Assembly: GCA_964413155.1 (NCBI GenBank)
Contig: CAYPRT010000002.1
Location: 170,701 to 234,700 of the forward strand
Reading direction: 5' to 3'
Length of the DNA: 64,000 nucleotides
From: an uncultured Hyphomicrobiales bacterium
Lineage (GTDB): Bacteria; Bacteroidota; Ignavibacteria; Kapaibacteriales; UBA2268
Positions within the stretch are counted from its first letter, which is position 1, and every line of letters starts with the position of its first letter. Position numbers and translations under genes: made by a program. Shown here in pieces: positions 9,581-19,874 of this stretch. The notes beneath the pieces are model-generated. The model saw nothing but the letters and a program-made list of their open reading frames with translations, searched no databases and was not told the origin of the DNA.

Positions 9581-11359
9581 TTAACCCACATTAACATTTG
9601 TTTTCGGAAGCGAATAATTGAATTCATGGAATGGCTTGAAAATAGCACTAAAAAATGTTAGTACACTAACACGTCCAATAAACATCACAAACACAAGTAT
9701 CAACTTTGATGAATCGTGTAAGTGGAATGTAACATCTCTCGAAAGACCTACAGTTCCTAACGCTGAAGTAGCCTCGAATAACAAATTCAATGGATTAATG
9801 TTGGGTTCAAAATAAATCAAAAGTGATGTAGCAAGAAAAAGAACAAATATTGATAAAAAAGCAATCACAAAAGATTTTTGAATTGTTTCGTGGGAAATTT
9901 CTCTATTAAAAATTATTAATTTTTCCCTTGAGCGAATATAATAAAGAACGAATAGCATTAGGACAGCAAAGGTAGTTGTTTTAATTCCACCACCAGTTCC
10001 TCCAGGAGATGCTCCTACCCACATTAAAAAAATCAAAATCACGGCACTCAAAACAGAAAGACGCTCAATTGGAACAGTATTGAAACCAGCAGTTCTTGCC
10101 GAAACGGACTGAAAATATGCATTAAACAGAGAGTCAAGGACATTGAATCCAAGAAAATTCGAATTATAATCGGCAAGGAAAATAAACAATGTCCCAAATA
10201 AAATAAGGCACATAGTGGTAACAAGAACAACTTTTGTTGTTACCGACAATTGAAAACGAATACGAGGAGCCTTTTTATTAAAAAGTTTTAAAGAAAACAA
10301 TTCAGAAAGAGTAAGAAAACCTAATCCACCGAAAATAATTAGAATTGTAATCGTAGACTTGAAAAGGTAATTATACTTCAAAATTGGTGTGGCTAAATTT
10401 TCAGAATAAAGCGAAAAGCCAGCATTACAAAAAGCCGAAATAGAATGAAAAAGTGCAATATAAAAATTACTAACACTAAAATTTTCAAAATCATTTAGAG
10501 AAAGATAAAGAATAACAGAGCCAAGTAGTTCAATCACAAAAGTGTACAAGACAATTTTCCTTATGATTGAACCTATGACAGAAAAAGTTTCCGTACTTAA
10601 GTATTCTTTCAACAGGAGTCGCATTCGCAATGAGAAATCACCACCAACAAAAGTGAAAAAGAATGTTGTAAGCGTCATAATTCCTAATCCACCAAGTTGA
10701 ATTAGGATAAGGATAATGATTTGACCAAATAAAGAGAAATCTTTAGGAGTATCTAAAACAATTAATCCAGTAACACAAACAGCACTGGTTGATGTAAACA
10801 ATGCATCAATATACCTTATAGGTTCACCAGTAGCCGAGGCTCTTGGAAGCGAAAGCATAAATGAACCGAATAAAATTAAAATTGCAAAAATGACGGCAAA
10901 AATAGCTCCTGGCGGTACCTTTAACTTCCCAATGAAATTAGTATGGCGAACTAGTTTGAATAAACCTATTAAGAAAAGCAACATTTGGGATAAGATTAAA
11001 TAACCAAGAGCAACCTGGTCAATTGAGATTAATGGGAAAATGGAACGAAAAGTTTGTATAAGAGAACTACCAAAAATTAATTCCAGTGAAAGAAAAAAAA
11101 CAAGTAAAAGTTCAATCCAACGAGTTTTAAATTCGCCCCAAAAATTTTGAAAAGTAAATAATCGAAGTAATTCTTCGATAATAAAGGAATAGATTACAAT
11201 TTGGATTACACCGCGAACAAGAAGTTCTTGCAATTTATTTAATTCAAATCCAATAACAAGAACAAAGCTTATTGCCGAAACAATTCCAATAGAAAGTAGG
11301 AGTATATCGAGGAAAATTTTTAAATTTGTTTTTATAGATTTTATCGTTGCAGGTTTCAT
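9581..11359 (-). CDS. TrkH/KtrB family K+ uptake membrane protein with an N-terminal extra TM region
   Basis: Four pore loops: 'FTSTSAVCVTGL', 'FHSISAFCNAGFSL', 'SVSARTAGFN', 'FEATSALGTVGLS'; also 'MWVGASPGGTGGGIKTTT'. Confidence 0.93.
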   Translation of the reverse strand: MKPATIKSIKTNLKIFLDILLLSIGIVSAISFVLVIGFELNKLQELLVRGVIQIVIYSFIIEELLRLFTFQNFWGEFKTRWIELLLVFFLSLELIFGSSLIQTFRSIFPLISIDQVALGYLILSQMLLFLIGLFKLVRHTNFIGKLKVPPGAIFAVIFAILILFGSFMLSLPRASATGEPIRYIDALFTSTSAVCVTGLIVLDTPKDFSLFGQIIILILIQLGGLGIMTLTTFFFTFVGGDFSLRMRLLLKEYLSTETFSVIGSIIRKIVLYTFVIELLGSVILYLSLNDFENFSVSNFYIALFHSISAFCNAGFSLYSENLATPILKYNYLFKSTITILIIFGGLGFLTLSELFSLKLFNKKAPRIRFQLSVTTKVVLVTTMCLILFGTLFIFLADYNSNFLGFNVLDSLFNAYFQSVSARTAGFNTVPIERLSVLSAVILIFLMWVGASPGGTGGGIKTTTFAVLMLFVLYYIRSREKLIIFNREISHETIQKSFVIAFLSIFVLFLATSLLIYFEPNINPLNLLFEATSALGTVGLSRDVTFHLHDSSKLILVFVMFIGRVSVLTFFSAIFKPFHEFNYSLPKTNVNVG

Positions 11360-11384
11360 TTATTTTTTTTTGTATAAAAAAATG

Positions 11385-11392
11385 CAAAGTTA
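11385..11392 (-). promoter_or_regulatory. Bacteroidota-type -7 element (TAACTTTG) for trkH
   Basis: Matches TAnnTTTG, 25 nt upstream of the ATG. Confidence 0.45.
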
Positions 11393-11425
11393 AAAATTTT
11401 GTGATTATTAATATTGAGACTTAAT

Positions 11426-12025
11426 ATGAAGAAAAAAACTTACGATATCATTGCAAGAATTGAGCGTAGTATTAATGTTAAAAAGCGAATTTTAGAAACA
11501 ATTGCCGATAAAATCATTCATACTGGAGAAATAATTGCAAAGCAACTTCAACATGGGAACAAAGTATTATTATGTGGCAATGGTGGTAGTGCAGCCGATA
11601 GCCAACATATTGCGGCTGAACTTGTTATACGTTTTCGAAGTAATGTGAACAGAAAGGCTTTGCCTGCTATAGCTTTAACTGTTGACCCATCTATTATGAC
11701 TGCTGGTGGAAACGATTTTGGGTTCGAAAATGTCTTTGCCCGTGAAGTAGAAGCATATGGCAAAGCTGGCGATGTTTTAATTGGTATTTCAACAAGTGGA
11801 AAATCGCCTAACGTTCTCCGCGCAATAGTCACCGCAAACCAAATGAACTTAATAACAATTGGATTGCTTGGTGGGGATGGTGGAACAATTTCAAAAGAGT
11901 GCAAGTTCGGCGTCATCGTCCCCGAATACGAAACCGCATTAATACAAGAATGCCATATAATGATTGGTCATATTTGGTGCGAAATACTTGAAGAAATTCT
12001 TTTCCCAGAATACTTCAAAGCCTGA
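11426..12025 (+). CDS. gmhA: Phosphoheptose isomerase (SIS domain)
   Basis: 'CGNGGSAADSQHIAAEL', 'ISTSGKSPNV', 'IQECHIMIGH'. Confidence 0.95.
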   Translation: MKKKTYDIIARIERSINVKKRILETIADKIIHTGEIIAKQLQHGNKVLLCGNGGSAADSQHIAAELVIRFRSNVNRKALPAIALTVDPSIMTAGGNDFGFENVFAREVEAYGKAGDVLIGISTSGKSPNVLRAIVTANQMNLITIGLLGGDGGTISKECKFGVIVPEYETALIQECHIMIGHIWCEILEEILFPEYFKA

Positions 12026-13328
12026 AAAAGCGTGTACAACCCAAAACAATATTCTTCGAGGCTGGTATTTGTATGACTGGGCAAATTCCGCTTATGTTAC
12101 AAGTATTCTGACTGTTTTTTTTGGTCCATTCATTTCACAAATGGCCAGTGAAATTGCAAACCCAAACGGTTTATTTGAAATCGTTGGATTACAAATTTAT
12201 TCAGAGTCATTATATTCGTACCTTGTCTCTATTTCCGTCTTTTTGCAATTCTTCTTTCTTCCATTAATTGCATCATTTGTAGATATAACTGGTAAAAAAC
12301 TAAATTCGTTAATATTATTTGCTATTTTAGGTTCCCTTCTAACTTTATCATTTTCTTTTCTTAACGAAAAATATTTAAATATACTTTCATTAGCTTTCAT
12401 ATTTTCAAACTTTTTCTTTGGCGCAAGTGTAGTGGTTTACAATAGCCTTCTAAATTATATTTGCGAGCCAAAAAAGCGAGACACAATTTCTTCGCAAGGC
12501 TGGGCAATTGGATATATCGGCGGAGGAATTAATTTAGCTTTGAATCTTTTTATAATTTATTTTCATACTCTTTTTGGTCTATCAATAGATAATGCAATTC
12601 GAATTGCTTTTGGACTTACTGCCTTCTGGTGGCTTACTTTTTCGCTGTTATCATTTTATTTGATGAGGGGACTTAGCTTCGCCGCAGACACCAAACCAAG
12701 TTCAAACCAAAATATTTTATCGAACCTTTTCAAAACAATAAAGGAACTTGCCAAAAACAAGAATGCCCTACTTTTCCTTTTTGCCTATCTTTTTTTTAAT
12801 GACGGAGTTCAAACAGTTATCGTAATATCTACCCAGTTCGGCAGAAGAGAATTAAATCTTTCTATGGAATACCTTGTTGCAACAATTCTAATTGTTCAGT
12901 TTTTATCATATTTTGGAACCCTCATTGTTGCGAGAATTTCGCAAAAGCTGGGTTCAAAGAAAACTATTATCATTTGTCTTTTAATTTGGAACATTATAAT
13001 TATCTACTCATACTTTTTTCTTCGCGATTGGATGGCTTTTGCAGGTTTAGCAATTTCGATTTCACTTGTTCTTGGTGGAACGCAAGCTTTAAGTCGTTCC
13101 ATTTTTTCAAATTTAATTCCAGCAACAAATTCAACTGAATATTTCAGCCTTTACGAAATCAGCGAAAAAGGCTCAAGTTGGATTGGCCCTTTAGTCTTTG
13201 GTTTTATTTTACAAGTAACCAAATCCTATCGGTTTGCTATTTTATCTTTAATTTTGTTTTTTCTCGTTGGAATTATTTTAGTTTCTATTGTGAAAGCCCC
13301 AAGTTATAGTAATAAGGAGACAAAATGA
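11964..13328 (+). CDS. MFS transporter, UMF1/Atg22 family (start uncertain: TTG 11964 or 11988)
   Basis: 'GWYLYDWANSAY', 'ISSQGWAIGYIGG', 'FFNDGVQT', 'GGTQALSRS', 'EYFSLY'; about 12 TM segments. Confidence 0.9.
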   Translation: MVIFGAKYLKKFFSQNTSKPEKACTTQNNILRGWYLYDWANSAYVTSILTVFFGPFISQMASEIANPNGLFEIVGLQIYSESLYSYLVSISVFLQFFFLPLIASFVDITGKKLNSLILFAILGSLLTLSFSFLNEKYLNILSLAFIFSNFFFGASVVVYNSLLNYICEPKKRDTISSQGWAIGYIGGGINLALNLFIIYFHTLFGLSIDNAIRIAFGLTAFWWLTFSLLSFYLMRGLSFAADTKPSSNQNILSNLFKTIKELAKNKNALLFLFAYLFFNDGVQTVIVISTQFGRRELNLSMEYLVATILIVQFLSYFGTLIVARISQKLGSKKTIIICLLIWNIIIIYSYFFLRDWMAFAGLAISISLVLGGTQALSRSIFSNLIPATNSTEYFSLYEISEKGSSWIGPLVFGFILQVTKSYRFAILSLILFFLVGIILVSIVKAPSYSNKETK

Positions 13329-15901
13329 AGTTTTCAATTTTTTTCTTTCTTATTTTTTTGATTTTCGCAACCCCACACAACACATATTCACAATCAATTG
13401 CTTCTCAGGACGACCTAACAAAAATGGTTTTAAATTCAAACTCAAGAGTCATTTTCGAATTAAACGGTTATTGGGATACAGAGCTCTCCGATGGCACTAC
13501 TGGTTCGTTTTACCTTCCTAAGGTTTTTTACAATTGCGATAAAGCCACATTCAAAAAAACAATTCACATCGACCGGAAACTTCTTACAAATTCAGTTTGG
13601 CACTTTTACTTTCTCGGGCTGAACGATGAAATAGAAATATATTGGAACTCCCAATTCATTGGTAAGTTTATTTCCGACGGAACCCCGCTTTGGGTTTCGA
13701 TTCCTAAAAAGTTTATAGTCAAAGAAACAAATGAAATCACCCTGATAATAAATCCTTCGCAATCTCTGTCATATCTCGTTAAACAAAATTATCAATACTA
13801 TCCCAAAATCGTAACTGGTATTTCAAGAGATTTTTTCTTAGTTCGAACTTCGCCTGTTTTCATAAATTCTTTTTCATACTCATTAACATTTGAATCCCTT
13901 TCTAAAGTAGAATTGAAAGCAAGATTGAACATAAGTTCATTCGAAATTGAATCTTTCCTTAAAGCTCAAAATCTAACAGACCAAAACCACCATATATTCA
14001 AATTTGAATTATATTTGCGGAATAAAGAAACAAATCAAATCATTACACAAACGCAACCACAAGTGATTAGCATATCTTCTTTTCGTAACATTTTTATAGA
14101 AAGCTCTTTAACTTTATTAAATCCAACACTTTGGGAACCAGAAAATCCCTACCTTTACTCTTTGGAAGTTAGAATTTCCCTTGGGGATACTTTAATTGAT
14201 GATATTACATACGATCTTGGAATAACCAAGTGGGAAAATGTCGGCTACAAAAAAGGAATAAGCTGGCTTATTAATGGAAAGCCATTTACGTTAAAAGCTG
14301 TTGATTTTATTGAAGTGTATGATAATTACAACACTGGGCAAAAATTAAAGAAATTTGAATCGGATTTAAAAAATTTGAAATCACTTGGTGCTAATGCAGT
14401 AAGAGTTTTGTTTAGTTCTCCTAACCCAATCTTATTAAAATTGGCAAATCGATATGGATTAATTGTTCTTGTTGACTTACCAGTATACTACATTCCTCCT
14501 TCTTTATTAAAAAAATCCGACTTGTTTATCAGATTTCAAATAATTTCTGAAAACATTTCCAAATTTTGTGGACCAAACCCATCCTTTTTTGCACTTGGTC
14601 TTGGTGAAGGTTTAGATGTAAGTTCAAACATCATAAAAGATTACTTCGAAAAACTCTCTAATAGAATTAATCATTATGGAAAAATATACACTTATGCTTC
14701 TTTTTTAGCGGGACAAAATCTCCAAAATATTGAAACTTTGGACTTTATTATAGTTAAAGACAATTTTAAGTTTAAAAAGAAACAGGACCAGCTGCTAACA
14801 ATACTAACAAGATATACTGATGTTGTTAAAAAGCCCATAGTTTTTTCGTTTGGAACAATCACTAACCCCAATAACCACAATGGATACAATAATCCATTGT
14901 CGGTTGAATACCAAGCTTTCTATATCTTGGAGAAATTTAATTTGCAAAATCGCGCTGGTTTTTCTGGTGTTATTGTTTGGAGTTATAATGACTACTTCAC
15001 TGAAAACCCATTGTTGAAATCCGCTTCAATTGAACCTTATATATCATTTTCGGGCATTCAAGATTATAATCAACAAAGGCTTGCATTCAATGTACTAAAG
15101 TCTTTGTTTAATAATGAAGAAATCCCGATAATTAATCCAGGGTTACCAGAATTTCAATTAAACGTACCTTACATTGTCTCGGGAATACTTGCTGTTCTAA
15201 TTTGGAGCATAATGCTAAATCGAAGCAAAAGATTCCGAGAATATACTTTTCGTTCGGCTTTTCGAACATACAACTTCTTTGCCGACATTCGTGACAAAAG
15301 AATTATTTCGGAACTACAAACGGCATTTTTTGGTTTAGTTCTTTCTTTGATTATCGGGACGTATATCTCTTCCATCATCACATTTTATAAAACATTCGAT
15401 GAATTTCAATTTTTAGTAAGTCTTTTTATTCCTTCCTTCTTCATTCGTGAATGGCTATTTAAGCTTGCTTGGAACCCAGTTCTAGCTATTATTATTTTTT
15501 CAATTATATCATATTTCAAGTTATTCCTTTTGGCTGTCCTCCTGAAAATTACCTCTTTCTTTGTACGTTCAAAGATATTTTTCGACGATACTTTTAAAAT
15601 GGTTATCTGGGCGAGTCAACCAATTGTACTTATACTTCCAATTGCTATCTTCATCAACAGAATTCTTCCTATTTCAAGTATTATTGCCTATCTTTTCCAC
15701 ATATTTTTTGCTTTAGTAATCTTATGGTGTTTCCAGAGAATAATAAAATCGGTTTGGGTAGTATTTGATATCCGTCCTACAAAGGCTTATTTTTGGGCTT
15801 TTGCTTTTGTCTTTGTCATTTTGTTTATATATTTTGGTATCCAAGAATACTTATTTAATTTTTTCGATTATATTATTTGTTTCACAAAAATAATTTTATG
15901 A
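13325..15901 (+). CDS. GH2-like protein (sugar-binding, Ig and TIM-barrel domains) fused to a C-terminal multi-pass membrane domain
   Basis: Signal peptide, 'ELNGYW', 'LWEPENPYLYSL', 'LINGKPFTLK', 'LKSLGANAVR', then about 6 hydrophobic helices after residue ~615. Confidence 0.75.
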   Translation: MKFSIFFFLIFLIFATPHNTYSQSIASQDDLTKMVLNSNSRVIFELNGYWDTELSDGTTGSFYLPKVFYNCDKATFKKTIHIDRKLLTNSVWHFYFLGLNDEIEIYWNSQFIGKFISDGTPLWVSIPKKFIVKETNEITLIINPSQSLSYLVKQNYQYYPKIVTGISRDFFLVRTSPVFINSFSYSLTFESLSKVELKARLNISSFEIESFLKAQNLTDQNHHIFKFELYLRNKETNQIITQTQPQVISISSFRNIFIESSLTLLNPTLWEPENPYLYSLEVRISLGDTLIDDITYDLGITKWENVGYKKGISWLINGKPFTLKAVDFIEVYDNYNTGQKLKKFESDLKNLKSLGANAVRVLFSSPNPILLKLANRYGLIVLVDLPVYYIPPSLLKKSDLFIRFQIISENISKFCGPNPSFFALGLGEGLDVSSNIIKDYFEKLSNRINHYGKIYTYASFLAGQNLQNIETLDFIIVKDNFKFKKKQDQLLTILTRYTDVVKKPIVFSFGTITNPNNHNGYNNPLSVEYQAFYILEKFNLQNRAGFSGVIVWSYNDYFTENPLLKSASIEPYISFSGIQDYNQQRLAFNVLKSLFNNEEIPIINPGLPEFQLNVPYIVSGILAVLIWSIMLNRSKRFREYTFRSAFRTYNFFADIRDKRIISELQTAFFGLVLSLIIGTYISSIITFYKTFDEFQFLVSLFIPSFFIREWLFKLAWNPVLAIIIFSIISYFKLFLLAVLLKITSFFVRSKIFFDDTFKMVIWASQPIVLILPIAIFINRILPISSIIAYLFHIFFALVILWCFQRIIKSVWVVFDIRPTKAYFWAFAFVFVILFIYFGIQEYLFNFFDYIICFTKIIL

Positions 15902-15902
15902 T

Positions 15903-16796
15903 ATGCAAGCAGTTTTTCAAACCAATTTTCCTAATATCAAGCTCAAAAACCGCGGAAAAGTTCGCGACATATATGAGTTCGAAAAACACTTACTCTTTGT
16001 TGCAACCGATAGAATATCCGCTTTCGATGTCGTAATGAACGAACCAATCCCGTTCAAAGGAATAATTCTAACTCAAATTTCCAAATTCTGGTTGGAAACC
16101 ACACGGCACATTATTGCAAACCATTTTCTTAGCGATAACATTGATGAATACCCAGCCGAATGCCAAGAATGTCGTGATGTTCTTCATGGGCGCTCAATGT
16201 TGGTAAAAAAATGTAAACCGCTTCCAATCGAAGCGATCGTTCGCGGGTATATTGCTGGTTCGGGTTGGAAGGAATACCAAAAAAATAGAACTATTTGTGG
16301 TATTTCACTACCCGAAGGTTTAGTGGAATTTGATAAGCTCCCAGAACCAATTTTCACACCTTCAACAAAAGCAGAAGTGGGACACGACGAAAATGTTGAT
16401 TTCGAATACACTCGAAAAATACTTGGTAATGAACTTGCCGAAATGGTTCGTTCAAAGTCAATTGAAATTTTCAAATTCGCTTCCAAGCTGCTTGAATCAC
16501 AGAACATCATTCTTGCAGATACAAAATTCGAGTTCGGTATCGACGAAAATGGTGAACTTATTCTAATTGACGAAGTTCTTACTCCCGATTCCTCTCGCTT
16601 TTGGCTAAAAGAAGATTATGCTCCTGGAAAACCTCAATACAACTTCGACAAGCAGGTGCTTCGTGATTATCTTGAATCACTAAATTGGAACAAAGTTCCC
16701 CCGCCCCCCTCTCTTCCAAAAGAGATTATAGATAAAATCGTCCAAAAATATAAGGAAGCCTATCGAAGAATTATTGGCAAAGAATTTAATTTTTAG
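15903..16796 (+). CDS. purC: SAICAR synthetase
   Basis: 'RGKVRDIY', 'ATDRISAFD', 'EAIVRGY', 'FTPSTKA', 'ADTKFEFG', 'DEVLTPDSSRFW', 'FDKQ'. Confidence 0.98.
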   Translation: MQAVFQTNFPNIKLKNRGKVRDIYEFEKHLLFVATDRISAFDVVMNEPIPFKGIILTQISKFWLETTRHIIANHFLSDNIDEYPAECQECRDVLHGRSMLVKKCKPLPIEAIVRGYIAGSGWKEYQKNRTICGISLPEGLVEFDKLPEPIFTPSTKAEVGHDENVDFEYTRKILGNELAEMVRSKSIEIFKFASKLLESQNIILADTKFEFGIDENGELILIDEVLTPDSSRFWLKEDYAPGKPQYNFDKQVLRDYLESLNWNKVPPPPSLPKEIIDKIVQKYKEAYRRIIGKEFNF

Positions 16797-16799
16797 GAA

Positions 16800-18041
16800 A
16801 TGGAAAAAATAAAAGTTGGAAATAAATCTATCAACAAAATTTTCGATGTATATTTTCTTAGCAGTCTTTTATTTCTTGTCTTAGTTGGTATTTACGCAGT
16901 TTACAGCAACAATTTGAACGCTGAAACACTCGATAATTTCAATAAACATTTGACATATGTTTTTTGGGGAATTGTTTTAATGTTTTTCATTTCTTTCGTT
17001 CCAGAAGATAAAATTCAAATCCTTGCTCTCCCATCGTATATTTTTTCAATTATTCTACTTATAGTAGTTCTCTTTATTGCAGACCCAACATATGGAACAA
17101 AGGGATGGATTAAACTCGGAGGTTTTTCATTACAACCTTCAGAATTTGCAAAGCTTTCATTGATTCTCACTACAGCCTTTTTTATTTCAATCCCTGGCGT
17201 TTCTCTTAATAATATCCGAGGGTTAAGTATTCTTTCCATCATTTTTCTAATTCCTACACTTTTAATCATTCTGCAACCGGATTATGGAACTTCTATCGTT
17301 ATCCTTGCGATTTTTTGGGGATTCTTATTTTGGACAGGATTTAAATTAAACATTTTACTCACACTCCTCGGAATTCCCCTCCTGACTCTGTTTTATTTGA
17401 AAGGGATTACCGAATTCGTTTTAGTCATAATCCTTTTTTCTGCAATACTTTTGGCGGCAAACAAAAAGAATTATATAAAAACAATTATAATAATTTCAAT
17501 TTGTATTGTGTTTGCTCTTTCAAGCAAGGAATTAATCCACAATCTTCCTGCCCACCAGCAAAAAAGAATACATACATTTATTGACCCTGCTTTTGAACCT
17601 GATCGCGCAAGCTATAATCTTATTCAATCGCTTCTTGCAGTTGGCAGCGGTGGATTTTTGGGGAAAGGTCCATTTTCCGGAACGCAAACACAACTCCAGT
17701 ATGTATATGCACAAAGTTCCGATTTTGTTTTTTCTATTCCTTCAGAAGAATTTGGTTTTATTGGTTCCACTTTGATTATAATTGCCTTTTTCGTTTTAAT
17801 TCGAAGAACGATTAAAATTGGATTAGATTCTAATTCACCTTTTCTGAAATATTCCGTTCTTGGTTATTCTATAATGCTTACTTTCCATTTTATTGAAAAT
17901 GTTGGGATGACAATTGGGCTTTTTCCTGTGATGGGAATTCCTTTGCCTTTTGTTAGTAGCGGCGGATCTTTCTTTTTAGTTAATTGTGTTCTTGCAGGTT
18001 TGACACTCAACGCATATCGAAAAAAATTTCATTCATTTTAG
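16800..18041 (+). CDS. rodA: SEDS family rod shape-determining protein RodA
   Basis: 'WIKLGGFSLQPSEFAK', 'LQPDYGT', 'GSGGFLGKG', 'SDFVFSIPSEEFGF', 'GIPLPFVSSGG'. Confidence 0.9.
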   Translation: MEKIKVGNKSINKIFDVYFLSSLLFLVLVGIYAVYSNNLNAETLDNFNKHLTYVFWGIVLMFFISFVPEDKIQILALPSYIFSIILLIVVLFIADPTYGTKGWIKLGGFSLQPSEFAKLSLILTTAFFISIPGVSLNNIRGLSILSIIFLIPTLLIILQPDYGTSIVILAIFWGFLFWTGFKLNILLTLLGIPLLTLFYLKGITEFVLVIILFSAILLAANKKNYIKTIIIISICIVFALSSKELIHNLPAHQQKRIHTFIDPAFEPDRASYNLIQSLLAVGSGGFLGKGPFSGTQTQLQYVYAQSSDFVFSIPSEEFGFIGSTLIIIAFFVLIRRTIKIGLDSNSPFLKYSVLGYSIMLTFHFIENVGMTIGLFPVMGIPLPFVSSGGSFFLVNCVLAGLTLNAYRKKFHSF

Positions 18042-18049
18042 AAATAAGA

Positions 18050-18685
18050 ATGAAAGAAATTTACGACTTATACCGAAAATTTAAGAATGATATCCAAGAA
18101 CGATTGAATTCTTTTGCAAATTTACCCCAAGAGGACTATTTTTATGAACTTTGCTACTGCCTTCTAACCCCAGCAACAAAAGCTGAAAATGCCCTTTATG
18201 CTGTCGATGAGTTGAAAAAAAGAAAATTTTTCGAAATTGGTTTCGATCCAACAAATGTTTTGATAGGTAATGGAATTTCAAAAACAAATGGGAACAAATT
18301 TTACATTAGATTTCATAATACAAAATCTAAAAGGCTAATTTTAGCCCGCGAAAACTGGGACAAAATTCTTTCCATAATTAATTCAAAGATAGCTCCTTTC
18401 GAAAAAAGAAGTCAACTGGTGAAATATGTTTCAGGATTTGGACTTAAAGAAGCTTCGCATTTTCTTCGAAATATCGGATACTCCGACTTTGCAGTTTTAG
18501 ACCGTCACATACTAAAAAATTTAATCTCTTATGCAGCGCTTCCCGAGAATTTTTCACTATCATCGCAAAAAAAGTATTTTGAAGCCGAACAGTCCTTTTT
18601 TCGTTTTTCTTATTATTTGGGAATTTCCCCTCCGGAGCTAGATTTGCTTTTCTGGGCAAAAGAAACTGGTTTTGTTTTAAAATAA
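18050..18685 (+). CDS. ogg: 8-oxoguanine DNA glycosylase/AP lyase, Ogg2 (archaeal/Thermotoga-type)
   Basis: 'FYELCYCLLTP', 'IRFHNTK', HhH 'GFGLKEASHFLRNIG', 'VLDRHIL', and a terminal Lys ('GFVLK*'). Confidence 0.9.
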   Translation: MKEIYDLYRKFKNDIQERLNSFANLPQEDYFYELCYCLLTPATKAENALYAVDELKKRKFFEIGFDPTNVLIGNGISKTNGNKFYIRFHNTKSKRLILARENWDKILSIINSKIAPFEKRSQLVKYVSGFGLKEASHFLRNIGYSDFAVLDRHILKNLISYAALPENFSLSSQKKYFEAEQSFFRFSYYLGISPPELDLLFWAKETGFVLK

Positions 18686-18728
18686 ATTAACAAACATATC
18701 GACTCAATTTTCTTAAATATTTTCTTTT

Positions 18729-19874
18729 ATGGAAAAACAAAGCCAAAGACTTGACTACCTCGACCTGATGCGAGTAATTGCAATGATGATGATGATTCTG
18801 GGTCATTCATTTTTCGACTTAGCGCAACCCAACCTTTATTCAATAACTATTTTTCCCTGGAATATTTGGGAATTTCTACGTGGCCTTACCGCCCCAATTT
18901 TCCTTTTTATTTCGGGAACTGTTCAAGTTTTTGCCAATAAGCGTATCGAAGGAAAGGTTTCAAATGATATTGTAACCAAACGTATTAAAACAGCTCTCTT
19001 TTTGATTTTTTTAGGTTATTTTCTAAATTTCCCTGTCCAAAAAGCTTTCCATATTTTTTTCGTTGACAAATCTACATTGATTCCTTTCTTACAAGTAAAT
19101 ATTCTACAACTAATTGGGTTAACCCTTATTTGGCTTTTACTTTACTTTATCTTTACAAAAAACAATATTAAACTCGGAGTTATTTCATTTTTCACTGGAA
19201 TTATTATCTTTGGTTTGACCCCTTTTGTGCACTTAATCGATTGGTATCAATTTCTACCAATGCCAATTGCACCCTATTTTTCGTTAAATAAAGGTTCGTA
19301 TTTTCCTATTTTCCCATTTTCGGGATTTTTGTTCTTGGGAGCAGCTTTCGGTACATACTTGGAGAAATTCCCCCTTCAGTATCGCGCTAAAGTTATAATT
19401 AAAAAAGGCTTCCTGTTTGGATTTATTTCTCTTGCTTTGGGTATTCCTTTGTATTTTATTATTGATTCACTACATTTACCATTTTACGACCCCAATAAAG
19501 GAAACCCGGGAATGTCGGTAATAAGGTTGTCGCTTGTTTTGTTGCTTTTATCTGCTTTAGTTGCTTTTTATGAAAAATTTTTAAATAAAATTCAATTTGT
19601 CAGAAGCTCAGCTCGGACATTGGGTAAAAATGCGCTAATAGTTTATATTGTCCATATATTTATCTTATATGGATTACCCTGGTATCCTGGCTTAGCTACC
19701 CTATTTCCACGACAATTTGGGATACTTGAATCGTTTGCTTTGTCTTTTTTGGTTATGTTTTTATCATTTGGAATAATCTTTGAATTCGAAAAATTTGCCT
19801 CGCAAAGGAAAATTTTAAAGCCTTTATTCAAATATGGTTTTGTCTCTATCTTTCTTCTTCTTTCTCTTGTTTAG
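18729..19874 (+). CDS. DUF1624 / HGSNAT-like membrane acyltransferase
   Basis: 'RLDYLDLMRVIAMMMMILGH', 'APIFLFISG', 'VNILQLIG', 'YFPIFPF'; polytopic. Confidence 0.8.
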   Translation: MEKQSQRLDYLDLMRVIAMMMMILGHSFFDLAQPNLYSITIFPWNIWEFLRGLTAPIFLFISGTVQVFANKRIEGKVSNDIVTKRIKTALFLIFLGYFLNFPVQKAFHIFFVDKSTLIPFLQVNILQLIGLTLIWLLLYFIFTKNNIKLGVISFFTGIIIFGLTPFVHLIDWYQFLPMPIAPYFSLNKGSYFPIFPFSGFLFLGAAFGTYLEKFPLQYRAKVIIKKGFLFGFISLALGIPLYFIIDSLHLPFYDPNKGNPGMSVIRLSLVLLLLSALVAFYEKFLNKIQFVRSSARTLGKNALIVYIVHIFILYGLPWYPGLATLFPRQFGILESFALSFLVMFLSFGIIFEFEKFASQRKILKPLFKYGFVSIFLLLSLV

